Assembly (NCBI GenBank): GCA_030390025.1
Contig: CM059429.1
Coordinates: 80,538,001 to 80,602,000 of the forward strand
From: Squalus acanthias
Lineage: Eukaryota
Direction: 5' to 3'
DNA length: 64,000 bases
In this document: positions 25,630-38,957 of the stretch, one piece after another
Numbering within the stretch: the first letter of the stretch is position 1
Layout: the number at the start of each line of letters is the position of its first letter
Notes under the pieces: generated by a model
What the model saw: only the letters and a program-made list of their open reading frames with translations
The model's database searches: none
Told to the model about the DNA's origin: nothing
Translations under genes and position numbers: made by a program

Positions 25630-26812
25630 AGCTACTCCCTGCTCACTATGTCCACATTGCGCTTTTTGTTCTTGTATCTTCACGTTGTTGCAATTTTATT
25701 TAACCTTCCGTAATTTGTGGCTGGGGTGGGAGGCTTTGTTTTATTTCACTCCTACGACTGGTTTAATGAAAGCCAGTTGAGGATTTTGACATTTCATTTC
25801 CAGGTAAATGAACCTCTGTTGGACATCGAAGGCGTCTGCAGCTGACTAAGCTGGGATGTATCGTTCAGTCCATGATAGTTCCTGAGTCAAGAGGTTAGAG
25901 ATCGATTCCAAGGTCAACTTGACGAGGCCTGGGCGTGCCATTAATAAATGGGAATGATATGTGAAAATGTACATGGGTTCTTGTTGAAGTTAGAGAACAG
26001 GGAGCCATTGTGGAAATTATCAAACCTTTTTTGAAGTCACCATATTGAAACTACAGCAATAAACATTGGCTTTAGCAACTTGATTACTCCAAATTCCTGC
26101 TCCCTTAGGCCCTAGAGATACCAGTACAGTAAAACTGGGATGCACACAGCTCTCTGCTGCCAAAGGGAAAAAAATGTTGTAATTCACTGGATACTAAAGA
26201 TAGCATTTACCATTGCAACCACTGCTGTCCCTGGTCCCAGGAAGATACCAGATTTGTATCTCCGTTGCAGTTGTGCAGAACGCACGTGGAGCGTAGCAAG
26301 TGACCACACGGTGGCAACTGTTGACTGGGATTTGGTGTTACCCAAGACCAAAACTGCTTTAAGAAAGGAAATGACAGCCTCTCTAAAGTTGGTATTAACA
26401 GGGATTTGGTGATATTAAGTGGGGTGCACTGTTTTGTGATATGCAAAATAATATATATGATTGTGATAGTAAGAAAAACCTTTATACTTTGACAAAAAAT
26501 ATGTTTTAAGGAAAATGGGAATGTCCATTTTATCGTGCAATATTGTGATTTATAGAAGCATTGTGATACTTTCATAAAGGACTATCCATTGAAAGGATTA
26601 TAAGGCAGAGCTGTAGACTCTGGAAATATCTCACTGAAGTTGGAGCTTGTAACCTACAGGGCCCACACCTCAAGAATGGGATATTTTATTTTAAACCACT
26701 GCTGTTGGTGTGTACTCTTTATACCACGTGTCTTTTTTAATATAATATATACATTTGAATATTTTTAAGACTGCTTCAGCCTGTTCAGTATTGAAGGAAG
26801 ATTTAAAACCAA

Positions 26813-26818
26813 AATAAA
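26813..26818 (+). terminator. Candidate ING5 polyadenylation signal (3'UTR about 1.2 kb)
   Basis: AATAAA at the end of an AU-rich UTR-like stretch, followed by a T-rich tract. Other AATAAA sites at 25943, 26058 and 26876. Confidence 0.5.
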
Positions 26819-29800
26819 ACGTATACCAGTTTTTTTTTCTTGAAGAATAATATGAAGTCAAGTCTTGCCATGGTGAATAAACAGGGACTCAGTGTGGCTG
26901 GCATAACCAATATTCGACCAAACTTCAATGCTTAAACAGTATGTATCTTGAGTTCAGAGATTCTGAATTTGCAGGAACACATGTTTGTAGATGTTACAGG
27001 ATTGAGCATTATAGATCCAAGTTCAGGGGCGATGCTTCACATGCCTCCTACAGTCGAATGATAAATTTGTCGGGCAATTGGACGTGGCCTGTCACTTCTA
27101 GTGGTTTTTGTTTCTGGTCAGCCGAGTGTCTTACACATGTGGAAACCTGGCAAGCTTGTCTAAGAATCTCAGAACTGAGCTCCTGAGAAACCTACACCTG
27201 TGCAATTCCTTGTTTGCTTCACATGGAGTGCAAATTCTTATCCTATAGGGACGCACTCTACTTGCCTAGGCTCAGAGAGCTTTGGTACAGGTTGGCAGAC
27301 CCGAGGCTGTGGGACTCCCAGCTGTGTGCAGGGGTACGGCTAGAATGTAACCAGCGAAAACCTTGCAGCTTATCATTTAGAAGCATTGGTAAGCTCCCCA
27401 CTGCTTATCTGGCTGGGACCACTCTACCCATTAAGCAGTTGGTTTAATGAAGCTGAGTGGGCTGAATCTCAGTTGCCAGTGACTGGTCTATCCCTCAGAT
27501 CCCGGCTGGTCAATCACTAACAGTGCACTGGAGTGCTGCAGGCCTAGCCTGGTTCAGGCATCAGATTATCAAGACTGCCACAGAGGGTGGACTTGGTTCT
27601 GATCTTCTGCCGTCAGGCAGGTAAACTTGGAGCTACCTTGACTCCAAAGAGACATGGGTGGAATTCTGAGCACTGCACAGGGTGTTCAGTACAGCAAGAG
27701 TTTCTCCGAACTGCAGGTGAATGAGAAGTGAACTGGTAGTAAGTCCTGTTTACCTGACCACTTGTGCGATACAAGATCAGAAATGTATTGTGCTAGCACT
27801 GACCTGTTTAATACAGAGCCTGCAGGTTGTTTGTGTAAATTGGAATGTTTTTATAGTGAATCTGTTTGGCTCCGGTCTGTCAGCTGTTGGTGACGGGCCC
27901 CAGAGCCCACTGATATCAGCCTCATGTTGCACCCACTTGCTGATAGCTCCACTCCTCAATTTGTTTACAATGCACCAGTCAGATCACACTGTTGTCTTCA
28001 GTTTTGGTCACCGTACTGCAAAAGATGATTTGGAACGCTACCGAGAAGAGAAAGACAACTTGATCCCAAGTATGAAGGAGCCTAGCCACAATGAGAAAGA
28101 TCGGCAAAGAATAATACTTTACAGTCCAGAAAGAAAGTGGTTAATAATGGACTCTGAAGCATTTAAATACTAATGATCTACATAAGGTACAAATTATTTA
28201 ATGTATGAAAATACGCCAAAGAAATAGGAGGCCATAAATGGAAATGAGAAGTAAACAGAACAGCTATCGAGAAGAACTTCTACTCAAACAATGATAAATG
28301 TTTGGAATAATCTACAAGCAGGGTAATGGAAAGAAAAATATTGGGGTTATTTAAAATACAATTCGATTCCATTATGGAGTGCTAATGGCCTAGAGAAATG
28401 AGCTTGGATGGGTGAAATAGCTATTTCTCATTCCTGAATTTTTAATGTTTTTACAAGTGCTGTTTAACTGATCATCAAGGCTGTGATTCTCATTTCAGAT
28501 TTTGTTAATCACTGCTGTAAATATTCTTGAACTGATAGACCATGTTTGAAAACTTATCACCGATAAAATCTACACAACATCCGTTATCTATGGTAGAAAA
28601 ATGTATGCTGGCCAGTTAAGGAGTGGCAAGACTTGTGGAGCTGAGGTGCTTTCCACGGTGAGGGAGAATGCCACAGTGAACCAATCTGACCTATTGTCTA
28701 GGCAAAACCTGGGATCAGGTTCCCTATCTAATGCCTATGGTAAATAATTAGTACCGCATGCTAGGAGAGTTGTAAAGGAAAATACAGTAGCCAGCTTCAA
28801 CATGGACATTAATGGGCAAAAATAGTTCTGGGAGACGGAGATATTGACACATAGTCAGCCAACATCAACCCATCTTTTGCATGATGCGGAGATGCCGCGA
28901 CATCTTTTGCATAGAGTGACCACAATCTCAAGAAGTTTGGATGGGAACTGGTTTTGCTATGTAACTCATTGGCCACTATTATTCCAAGATTATTTTAGCC
29001 ATGTATTTTCTTAGTCCTCTCGCGTCTAGTGTTTGTGAATGGTGGGAAGTACGTTCTACCACCTCATACAGATCTGTTGGTATCGCTAAGGTGTAGCTAA
29101 AAGAACAATTTTTAAAATGAGATGGATTCAGTATCTAGTTCCTCGTGTGATGATTTTTATCCAGTCTTGGTCTAATCCAATTGAATCAAGCACGGAGTGA
29201 GAATCCAGAGGGCACAGTATTAGGAAGACTGAATGTTCCGAGAGAAAAATTCAGAGTTTGGGTGGGGGTTGTATGGTTGTGTTTGGGATGCAGCTTTTTA
29301 AAAACATGTTGTTTTTCCCCTTTATTTTCCTCCCTGTTTGGAAAGCAACTGAGCTCCCACTTCAGTAATTGCTGTTCTCCCAACCCCTACTTTCCTGCAG
29401 CACAGTTAAGTTTGAGAACTTGTGTTGGATAACCTGCATCGTACTAGTGGCATGTTGAAGCTCCACTGTGTCGTTCCCTCTTTATAAAAAAGAAAGATTT
29501 ATGACGATGACCTTTCTCTCAACGTGTTTTTTTTTGTTTCCCCCCTCCCACCCATTAATCTAAAGTCACTGTTGGTGTAAACAGCGTACCTTTCGGAGAA
29601 CTGACCACATTATAGATCCACAAATATGTGGATCTACGCATCTGCTGTTGGTTTGATGGCTGCATGTTCATGTTAAATAAACAAAATTTGTACAAATGAG
29701 GACAACATACACCACCTTGCCCATTGTCCTCCTGTTTACACTCCATAGTAATTGGGCTTCCACATTACACAACAGAGACCAGCATCTGAGTGAAATTTTA

Positions 29801-32176
29801 TAAAAGGGGGAGCAGCACAGAGAGCCCTCTCCCTAGACAGGAACAATTTTACAGGCAAGTCTAAAAGCACTTTAGTACATAAAATTTCATCCGTGAGCTG
29901 ATAATAATCTGAGTTATAGTAAGAGGCCATGTGTAGTCGTTTCAGACCTTGCTATGAAAGATATTCTGTGTGTGACGGGCTTTTAGTTAATCATTTAGTG
30001 TACATTTTTCAGAAGAAAATGCTCTGTCACCATGAACATTGGACAGTAAGGAGACAGCGAGCAGGGCGACGGATGCTGCCTGTTGTGTAGGCTTTGTTGG
30101 CGGTCAGTTTTTTGTCTGGATCACCTTGTTTGAAAGGGATAACTGCAGTAATGAAGGAGCAGCTGTATTTTTGGTTTTTGGGGCTGTATTTGGAAGAACC
30201 GCGGCTGAACCAAGCCATGGGTTTATCAGACAGCTCGGACAATCTGATTCCTAACAATGCTGAACTTTCACCACCTGTTATACAGTTGCTCATGATGCCT
30301 TTTAGTTTGGACATTGTGGATGTTCCCTTTGTAAATGAGAAAAATTATTGTGAACCTTTTTTAAAAAGAAAATTATAGTATTGTATATCTGTATTTTTAG
30401 ATGATGTAATAATGGTTATATTGTCAAAATAAAGTATTTTTGGGAACTGTATTGTCTACTAAATAAATATAATTGCAGTAGTATCACCTATAAATAGTAT
30501 GGTTGCACCCTCTGTTAAGCAGATCTCTTGGGTGCAGTGTTCATTCAACATGGGATTGGACACTTATTAGAGTCCTTGTGCCAACACAAGTTGCAGAAGT
30601 TCTGCTGAGGCATTACAATGGCCTGGTCAAACCACACTTGGAGTACTGTGTTCAATTTTGGACATTGCACAGTAAACGGTACAGAGAACGTCAATATGAC
30701 TGATCCTAACTGTAAAGGGAATTAATATGATAAAATATTAAAGACAAGCTTCACATACTGCCAAGCAGGGTTTAAGGGTATAATGCCATATTGAGGTGTA
30801 TAAAATATTGTAGAACAAACTCAGATTATTACTGTAATTCAAATTACGCCAGAAAGTAGACGAAAGGACGTAAATTTTCAGAAGAACTTGTTCACTGAAA
30901 GTGTGCCAAATCTTTGGAATAATTTCCCAGGTGGAAAGTACAATTGAAATGCTACATTGCAAGAGTTACATAGGAACAGGACTAGGCCATTCGGCCCCTC
31001 GATCCTATTCTACCATTCAATTAGATTGTGGCTGATCTGTAGCTCAACTCCAATCGGAGCTGGATTTTCCTCTGGTCAGTTTCGCTGCGGGAGGTGGGGT
31101 GGAGTTCATTGAACATACAGGGCAGGCTCCCAGCGGTATCTCTGCTGCATAGAGGGATCCCACCACTGCCAGCAAAGAGAATACAGCAGTGCTGCAGTGG
31201 GCCACTCATAGCTGTGCCCGAAAGGGGAGGAGCCATGATTAAAGGAGGCAGACAGCCCTGAAGACCCACGAATGAGCCCATGCCACTTGCTGGCTTGACG
31301 ACAGAAGAGTGGGAAAGGTGGACATGAGCAGATCCTCCCTCCTTCCAGGGTAAGTGGCATTCTTCTCACTGCTGCCACATTAAATACCAACTGTTGGAGA
31401 TAGTGAATAAAGTGGAATAGCAGCAGCGGTGATTATAGGGTTAATAGGCAGGCTTTGAGAGTGTGAATAAAAAGCTGGGAGTATAGAAGAAAGTTCAATT
31501 GGGGAACAGGAGAAAAGATAAAGTGGAAGGGCAGATGATTCGGACGAGAGCAAGCAGCGTAATGTGTACAGATGCATTAATAGAGAACAGCCGTAGGTGG
31601 GAGGAATGGGAGCAGGTGCTAGCTGAGGTGTGGGGGAACCTGGGAGAGCAAGTCCAGCTTTCACCTGATGGTACAGACTCAGCAGGAGTTTGGACCACTG
31701 GGATATCTGTAGTCATTGCCATCCTGAAGGCAGATCCCCTCACATCAAAGGGACTCCCTCTGCCCTATTGCTTTCCTGGTGGGCTGAATCCAACACTCCC
31801 ACCGATTCTTTCCACACTCGTCACCTCTATCTCGACCCACCTCTCTCCTCCTTTAAGATGCTGCTTAAAACCTAGCACTGACCAAGCGTTTGGTCACCTG
31901 TCCTGATGTCTTCTCCTTTGGCTTGCTCTCACATTTTGTTTGATGACGCTCCTGTGAAACTCCTTCAGACGTGTTACTACGTTAAAGGCGCTATATAAAT
32001 CCAAGTTGTTGTTGCTAGTGACCATATTCCCTGACTTACCGTGTGCAATTAACACGGGAGATCGGCGAGTAATAAATTAAGATTTCCCCTTTGTCACGCC
32101 TATTTCTACTTGTCAAAATTTAGTAAATCTTTAGGCATTACCTAATGTTACAAAAGTGTAATGATCACACCTACAT

Positions 32177-32623
32177 GTCAGCCGTGGCTCAGTTGGTAGT
32201 ACCCTTGCTTCGGAGCCAGAATGGTTGTGGGTTCAAATCCCACTCCAGAGACTTGAGCACAAAAATCTAGGCTGACACTCCAGTGCAGTACTGAGGGAGT
32301 GCTTTCGGATGAGATGTTAAACCGGGGCCCAGTCTGCTCTCTCAGGTGGACGTAAAAAATCCCATGACACTATTTTGAAGAAGAACAGGGGAATTATCTG
32401 CAGTGTCCTGGGGCCAATATTTATCCCTCAATCAACATCACTGAAACAGATTATCTGGTCATTATCACATTGCTGTTTGTGGGACCTTGCTGTTAGCAGA
32501 TTGGCTGCCCCGTTTCCTGCATTACAACAGTGACTACACTCCGAAAAGTACTTCATTGGCTGTAAAGTGCTTTGAGACGTCCGGTGGTCGTGAAAGGCGC
32601 TATATGAATGCAAATCTTTCTTT
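32177..32623 (+). mobile_element. Near full-length DeuSINE (SacSINE1-like)
   Basis: A-box TGGCTCAGTTGG, B-box GGTTCAAATCC, Deu core, tail aaggcgctatatgaatgcaaatctttc. Confidence 0.9.
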
Positions 32624-32651
32624 ACATACATTACATGCTGCAGATAACACT

Positions 32652-32826
32652 AGGTTATAGTCCAACAGCTTTATTTGAAATCACAAGCTTTCGGAGCGCT
32701 GCTCCTTCGTCAGGTGAAGGAAGGAGCAGCGCTCCGAAAGCTTGTGATTTCAAATAAAGCTGTTGGACTATAACCTGGTGGTGTGCGACTTCTCACTTTT
32801 GTCCACCCCAGTCCAATCCGCATCAT
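32652..32826. mobile_element. Penelope-like terminal fragment with a perfect 57-bp inverted repeat
   Basis: Arms at 32652-32708 and 32720-32776; flanking direct repeat AGATAACACT at 32642-32651 and 32827-32836. Confidence 0.8.
32681..32717 (-). ncRNA. Minimal type I hammerhead ribozyme motif (Penelope-associated)
   Basis: Minus strand reads UCAC-CUGACGA-A-GGAG-cagcg-CUCC-GAAA-GC-UU-GUGA: conserved core, stems I and II, palindromic AAGCUU at stem III. Confidence 0.65.
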
Positions 32827-33619
32827 AGATAACACTGCAATGGGTAACCCCTGCAATACACACTTCCTCCAGATGTAGTGCTGTGGCACTGCTTCCATCT
32901 TCAGTTGAAACCCTGAACTTCTATTTTTCTCAGTAAGAATGTGGAGGCTAAATGCCTTTCTATCGTCACTCCTGCAGAGACTTTATGCTTCATCTGAAGT
33001 TTTGGATGTAAAATTGATATTCTCCCCCTGTTCCTGTGTCTCCCTGCCGTGCTGGAATTGTGAATAGGGCAAGAACATTCCAACAAAAGGATCAAATCAG
33101 TAGCCCTTGACTGCTGAGTTAATGCTGCACTTCTAGATTATTTTCCAGCTTAACTACATTCTCCCCTGTTCTTCAGTCCCCACCATCCAGCCTCTACAAT
33201 ATGCCCTTTCTAAATCACACCTTGCTCTGTCATATTACCAATCAAATATCTGATTGACCCATGTGAACAAATCAAAAATAGTAAAATGAATCAGTGAAGA
33301 ATTACTGACCAGCAGAAAAGTGAGCAATTAAATTGTTCAATTTCTTTCAAAGCAACCGTCCGCCAGATCACAGGATAATAAAGGTCATTTGACCTTTTTT
33401 AGTTTGTTCGAAAGATCCTAACATCCTCACTTCAGCATTGTTATTAAATGATTCCAGGGTTTTGGCCCCCATTCCATGTGTTGATCACTCTCTGTGAGAA
33501 CTTCGTGATATCACTACTAAAATTACCTTTTATTAGTTTGAACCTGTGTCCCTTTGTCCCACTTAGTTTAATGTACCTTTCTGTATTTACGTCTCCCATA
33601 ACGTTTGCTATCTTGTATA

Positions 33620-33892
33620 CCTCTTGCGCATCCCAGATTTGAATCGCTCCACCATTGGCAGCCATGCCTTCAGCTGCCAAGGCCCTAAGCTCTGGAATTC
33701 CCTCCCTAAAGCTCTCCATCTCTACCTCATTTTCCTCCTTTAACACGCTCCTTAAAACTTACCTCTTTGACCAATCTGACCTAATATCTCCTTATGTGGC
33801 TCGGTTTCAAATTTCGTTTGATAACGCTCCTGTGAAGTGCCTTGGGACGTTTTACTATGTTAAAGGCGCTATATAAATAAATACAAGTTGTC
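33620..33892 (+). mobile_element. L2-clade LINE 3' end
   Basis: gccttcagctgcc..ctctggaattccctccc..aaaacttacctcttt..aaaggcgctatataaat; similar pieces near 13975, 18830, 31840 and 56553. Confidence 0.75.
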
Positions 33893-33899
33893 ATAACTG

Positions 33900-35100
33900 A
33901 CATCATTGACACTGGGGAGCAGTCTCGTGGCTCCTCTCTGCACTGCCTCCAGTGTTTGAATGTCTCCTTTGTGTCTCAGCGAGCAAAACTGGACCCAGTA
34001 TTCAAGATGCAGTCTGACCAGTGCCCTGTACAGTTAGAGCATGACTTCCTCTGACTCATATGCTACATTTTGGCCAGATAATTCAACATTCTATTGACTT
34101 TGTTGCTCTCTATTGGTTGGACATGTTCACTCTAAGACTCCGAGGTCTCTTTCAATTTTGTTCTTAGTTATTTCAACACCATTCATGGAATATATTGTGT
34201 GCCATCTACTTTTTCCTGATGTGCTGCATTTTACTGCACTAAATTCTATCTGCCCACTCACACATTATGACCAACTCATTCTGTAATTTCTGAGCTACTT
34301 CCTCCAATTCTACAGTACCTCCTAGTTGGTTATCAACTGCAAATTTAACCAATTTGCATTGGGTTTCTGAATCCAAATCATTGTAATGTAATGTAAATTA
34401 GAAACCATAACTTCTCAAAACCTGTCCCTGGGGCATCCTGCTTAGTACCTCTAGTCTAGTTTGATGATGTTGTCTAGTTATATAGACGACGTCATTAAAA
34501 CTCATTTTCATCGTATACGGAGATTTACAGTATTGAGACAAACAATTACTTTTCGAATGTTCTAAAGCACAGCAGTGAAACTCTTGAAGCGTGTGTGCAG
34601 GAGAACTCAACTCCACCCAACCTGGCATGACTCCTCTAACAAGTACATGTTTTTTTCTACCCTTTAGCCAATTTTTTTAATCCTTACCCAAGATCTGCCT
34701 TGGTTCCCCGTAGCTTTAAGTTTAACTGGTAGCCTTTTGTGTGGAACTTTGTCCAATGTCTTTTGGAAGCCTTAAGTACACTACATTGCAGGGCTTTCCA
34801 CAGTCTACTTGGGATGTCACTTCTCAAAGAAGTCAAGGAGGTTGGTCAGGCAGGATCTTCCCCTTCTGGATCCATGTTGGTAGCTATTTGCATTATTTTT
34901 GTACGGATAATCCACACATTTATTACTGATAATCAATTCCATTATTTTACTCAGAATTGAAGTAAAACTAATGGGTCCATAGTTGCCTGTGTCTATTTTG
35001 CCCCCTTTTTGATTATGGGCACCACATTAACCTGTTTCCAATCGACTGATAACTCCCCAGTGTCTCCCTCATAATGATTGCCAATGCCTTACAAATCTTC
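33900..35100 (-). mobile_element. Old, decayed CR1 ORF2 fragment (continues at about 37400-37600)
   Basis: Degenerate reverse-strand RT motifs; interrupted by the younger CR1 at 35101. Confidence 0.6.
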
Positions 35101-37399
35101 TGGGGAATGAGGTGGGTCAAGTGGAGCAAGTGTCAGTAGGGGAACATTTAGGGAACAGTGATCATAGTATCATTAGATTAGCTATGGAAAAGGACAGGGA
35201 GCAATCTAGAGTAAAAATACTTAATTGGAGGAAGGCAAATTTCATTAGGATGAGAACGGATCTGGCCCGGATAAATTGGAATCAAAAATTGGCAGGCAAA
35301 ACTGTAATCGAACAATGGGCTGCCTTTAAAGAGGAAATGGTTTAGGTACAGTCGAGGTACATTCCCACAAGGGGGAAAGGTAGGGCAACTAAAGCCAGAG
35401 CTCCCTGGATGATGAAAGAGACAGAGAGTAAGATGAAGCAGAAAAAGAGCGCTTATGACAGATGACAGGTTGAGAATACAAGTGAGAATCAGGCTGAATA
35501 AAGAAAGTTCAGAGGGGAAGTGAAAAAGAAGATAAATGGGGCAAAGAGAGATTATGAGAATAGATTGGCAGCTAAGATAAAAGGGAATTCCAAACTCTTC
35601 CATAGGCATATAAATAGTAAATGGATAGTAAGAGGAGGGGTGGGGCCGATTAGGGACCAAAAAGGAGACCTATGCATGGAGGTAGAGGGCATGGCTGAGG
35701 TACTAAATGAGTACTTTGCATCTGTCTTCACCAAGGAAGAAGATGCTGCCAAAGTCATAGTGAAAGAGGGTAGTAGAGATACTGGATGAGATAAATATTG
35801 ATAAAGAGGTACTAGAAAGGCTGGCTGTACTTAAAGTTGATAATACAAGTGATGCATCCTAGGATGCTGAGGAAAGTTAAGGAGGAAATTGCGGAGGAAC
35901 AGGCCATAATCTTCCAATCCTCCTTAGATACGGGGGTGGTGCCAGAGGACTGGAGAATTGCAAATGTTACACCCTTGTTCAAAAAAGGGTGTAAGGATAA
36001 ACCCAGCAACCACAGGCCAGTCAGTTTAACTTCAGTAGTGGGGAAGCTTTTAGAAATGATAATCAGGGACAAAGTTAACGGTCACTTGGTCAAGTGTGGA
36101 TTAATTAAGGAAAGCCAGCACGGGTTTGTTAAAGGCAAATCGTGTTTAACTAACTTGATCGAATTTTTTGATGAGGTAATAGAGAGGGTTGAGGAGGGCA
36201 ATGCGGTTGATGTGGTGTACATGGATTTCCAAAAGGCGTTTGATAAAGTGCCACATAATAGGCTTGCCAGCAAAGTTGAAACCCATGGAATAAAAGGGAC
36301 AGTGGCAGCATGGATACGAAATTGGCTTAGTGACCGGAAACAGAGTAGTGGTGAACGGTTGTTTTTCGGACTGGAGGAAGGTATACAGTGGTGTTCCCCA
36401 GGTGTTGGTACTAGGACCACTACTTTTCTTGATATATATTAATGACATGGACGTGGGTGTACAAGGCACAATTTCAAAATTTGCAGATGACACAAAACTT
36501 GGAAGTATAGTGAACAGTGAGGAGGATAGTGATAGACTTCAAGAAGACATAGACAGGCTGGTGAAATGGGCGGACCCGTGGCAGATGAAATTTAACGCAG
36601 AAAAGTGCAAATTGATACATTTTTGTAGGAAGAACGAGGAAAGACAATATAAACTAAAGGGTACAATCCTAAAGGGGGTGCATGAACAGAGAGACCAGGG
36701 GGTATATGTGCACAAATTGTTGAAGGTGGCAGGGCAGGTTGAGAAAGCAGTTAAAAAAGCATACAGGATCCTGGGCTTCATAAATAGAGGCATAGAGTAC
36801 AAAAACAAGGAAGTTATAATGAACCTGTATAAAACACTGGTTCGGCATCATCTGGAGTATTGTGTCCAATTCTGGGCACCGCACTTTAGGAAGGATGTGA
36901 AGGCCTTAGAGAGGGTGCAGAAAAGATTTGCGAGAATGATTCCAGGGATGAGGGACTTCAGTTACGTGGATAGACTGGAAAAGCTGGGGTTGTTCTCCTT
37001 AGAGCAGAGAAGGTTGAGAGGAGATTTGATAGAGGTGTTCAAAATCATGAGGGGTCTGGACAGAGTAGATCGAGAGAAACTGTTCCCATTGGCGGAAGGG
37101 TCGAGAACCAGAGGACACAGATTTAAGGTGTTTGGCAGAAGAACCAAAGGCGACATGAGGAAAAGCTTTTTTACGCAGCGAGTGGTTAGGATCTGGAATG
37201 CACTGCCTGAGAGGGTGCTGGAGGCAGACTCAATCGTGGCTTTCAAAGGGGAATTGGATAAGTACCTGAAGGAAAACAATTTGCAGGGCTACAGGGAAAG
37301 GGAGGGGGAGTGAGACTAGCTGACGTGCTCTTGCAGAGAGCTGGCACGGGCTCGACGGCCCGAATGGCTCCTTCTGTGCTGTAACCATTCTATGATTCT
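35101..37399 (+). mobile_element. 5'-truncated CR1 LINE with complete 3' end
   Basis: RT ORFs at 35837-36442 and 36330-37313 ([19 protein letters not shown]); tail ctgtaaccattctatgattct. Confidence 0.94.
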
Positions 37400-37616
37400 C
37401 CGCAGTCTCTTAGCCCACTGGGATTAAAACCATCTATCCCTGTGGATTTACTCAATAACCAACAAGTACTATATAACTGACTAATCAAATTGCAGCAATA
37501 TTTTCTTCACAGTTTTCAGCTGCCACTTCCCTTCCTCATTCAGGCTATATATATTTATTTCAAACTGTCATAACACACACAAAAAGTTACTCAATTCTGA
37601 AAAAAAATTGTGTAAT

Positions 37617-38955
37617 GGGTTGGGGGGGTTTGGGTTGGGGGGGTATGGGTTGGGGGGGTATGGGTTGGGGGGGGTTTGGGTTGGGGGGTTTGGGTTGGGG
37701 GGTTTGGGTTGGGGGGGTATGGGTTGGGGGGGTATGGGTTGGGGGGGGTTTGGGTTGGGGGGGTTTGGGTTGGGGGGGTTTGGGTTGGGGGGGTTTGGGT
37801 TGGGGGTGGGGGTTTGGGTTGGGGGGTTTGGGTTGGGGGGGTATGGGTTGGGGGGTTTGGGTTGGGGGGGTTTGGGTTGGGGGGGTTTGGGTTGGGGGGG
37901 TTTGGGTTGGGGGGGTTTGGGTTGGGGGGGTTGGGTTGGGGGGGGTTTGGGTTGGGGGGGTTTGGGTTGGGGGGGTTTGGGTTGGGGGTTTGGGGGTGGG
38001 GGTTTGGGTTGGGGGGGTTTGGGTTGGGGGGGTTTGGGTTGGGGGGGGGGGTTGGGTTGGGGGGGTTTGGGTTGGGGGGGTTTGGGTTGGGGGGACGGGG
38101 TTGGGTTGGGGGGGTTTGGGTTGGGGGGTTTGGGTTGGGGGGGTTTGGGTTGGGGGGGGTTTGGGTTGGGGGGGGGGTTGGGTTGGGGGGGGTTTGGGTT
38201 GGGGGGGTTTGGGTTGGGGGGGGGGTTGGGTTGGGGGGGGTTTGGGTTGGGGGGGTTTGGGTTGGGGGGGTTTGGGTTGGGGGGGTTTGGGTTGGGGGGT
38301 ATGGGTTGGGGGGGTATGGGTTGGGGGGGTATGGGTTGGGGGGGTATGGGTTGGGGGGGTATGGGTTGGGGGGTATGCGTTGGGGGGGTATGGGTTGGGG
38401 GGTATGGGTTGGGGGGGTTTGGGTTGGGGGGTATGGGTTGGGGGGTTGGGTTGGGGGTATGGGTTGGGGGTATGGGTTGGGGGGTATGGGTTGGGGGGTA
38501 TGGGTTGGGGGTATGGGTTGGGGGTATGGGTTGGGGGTATGGGTTGGGGGGTATGGGTTGGGGGTATGGGTTGGGGGGTATGGGTTGGGGGTATGGGTTG
38601 GGGGGTATGGGTTGGGGGGTATGGGTTGGGGGGTATGGGTTGGGGGGTATGGGTTGGGGGTATGGGTTGGGGGTATGGGTTGGGGGGTATGGGTTGGGGG
38701 GTATGGGTTGGGGGGTATGGGTTGGGGGGTATGGGTTGGGGGTTTGGGGTGGGGGGTTTGGGTGGGGGTTTGGGGTGGGGGGTTTGGGGGTGGGGTTTGG
38801 GGTGGGGGTTTGGGGGTGGGGGTTTGGGGGTGGGGGTTTGGGGTGGGGGGTTTGGGGGTGGGGGTTTGGGGTGGGGGGTTTGGGGTGGGGGTTTGGGGGT
38901 GGGGGTTTGGGGGTGGGGGTTTGGGGGTGGGGGTTTGGGGGTGGGGGTTGGGGGA
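37617..38955 (+). repeat. Extreme G-rich simple satellite (GGGTTGGGGGGGTTT / GGGTTGGGGGGTAT / GGGGTTTGGGGGT)
   Basis: About 1.3 kb made almost entirely of G and T in 13-15-bp units. Confidence 0.97.
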
Positions 38956-38957
38956 GG

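Noticed and set aside
32177-32250. tRNA gene
   Set aside because: The A and B boxes are the tRNA-derived head of a SINE; no complete cloverleaf, and it continues into the SINE body.
37617-38955. Interstitial telomere
   Set aside because: No TTAGGG units.
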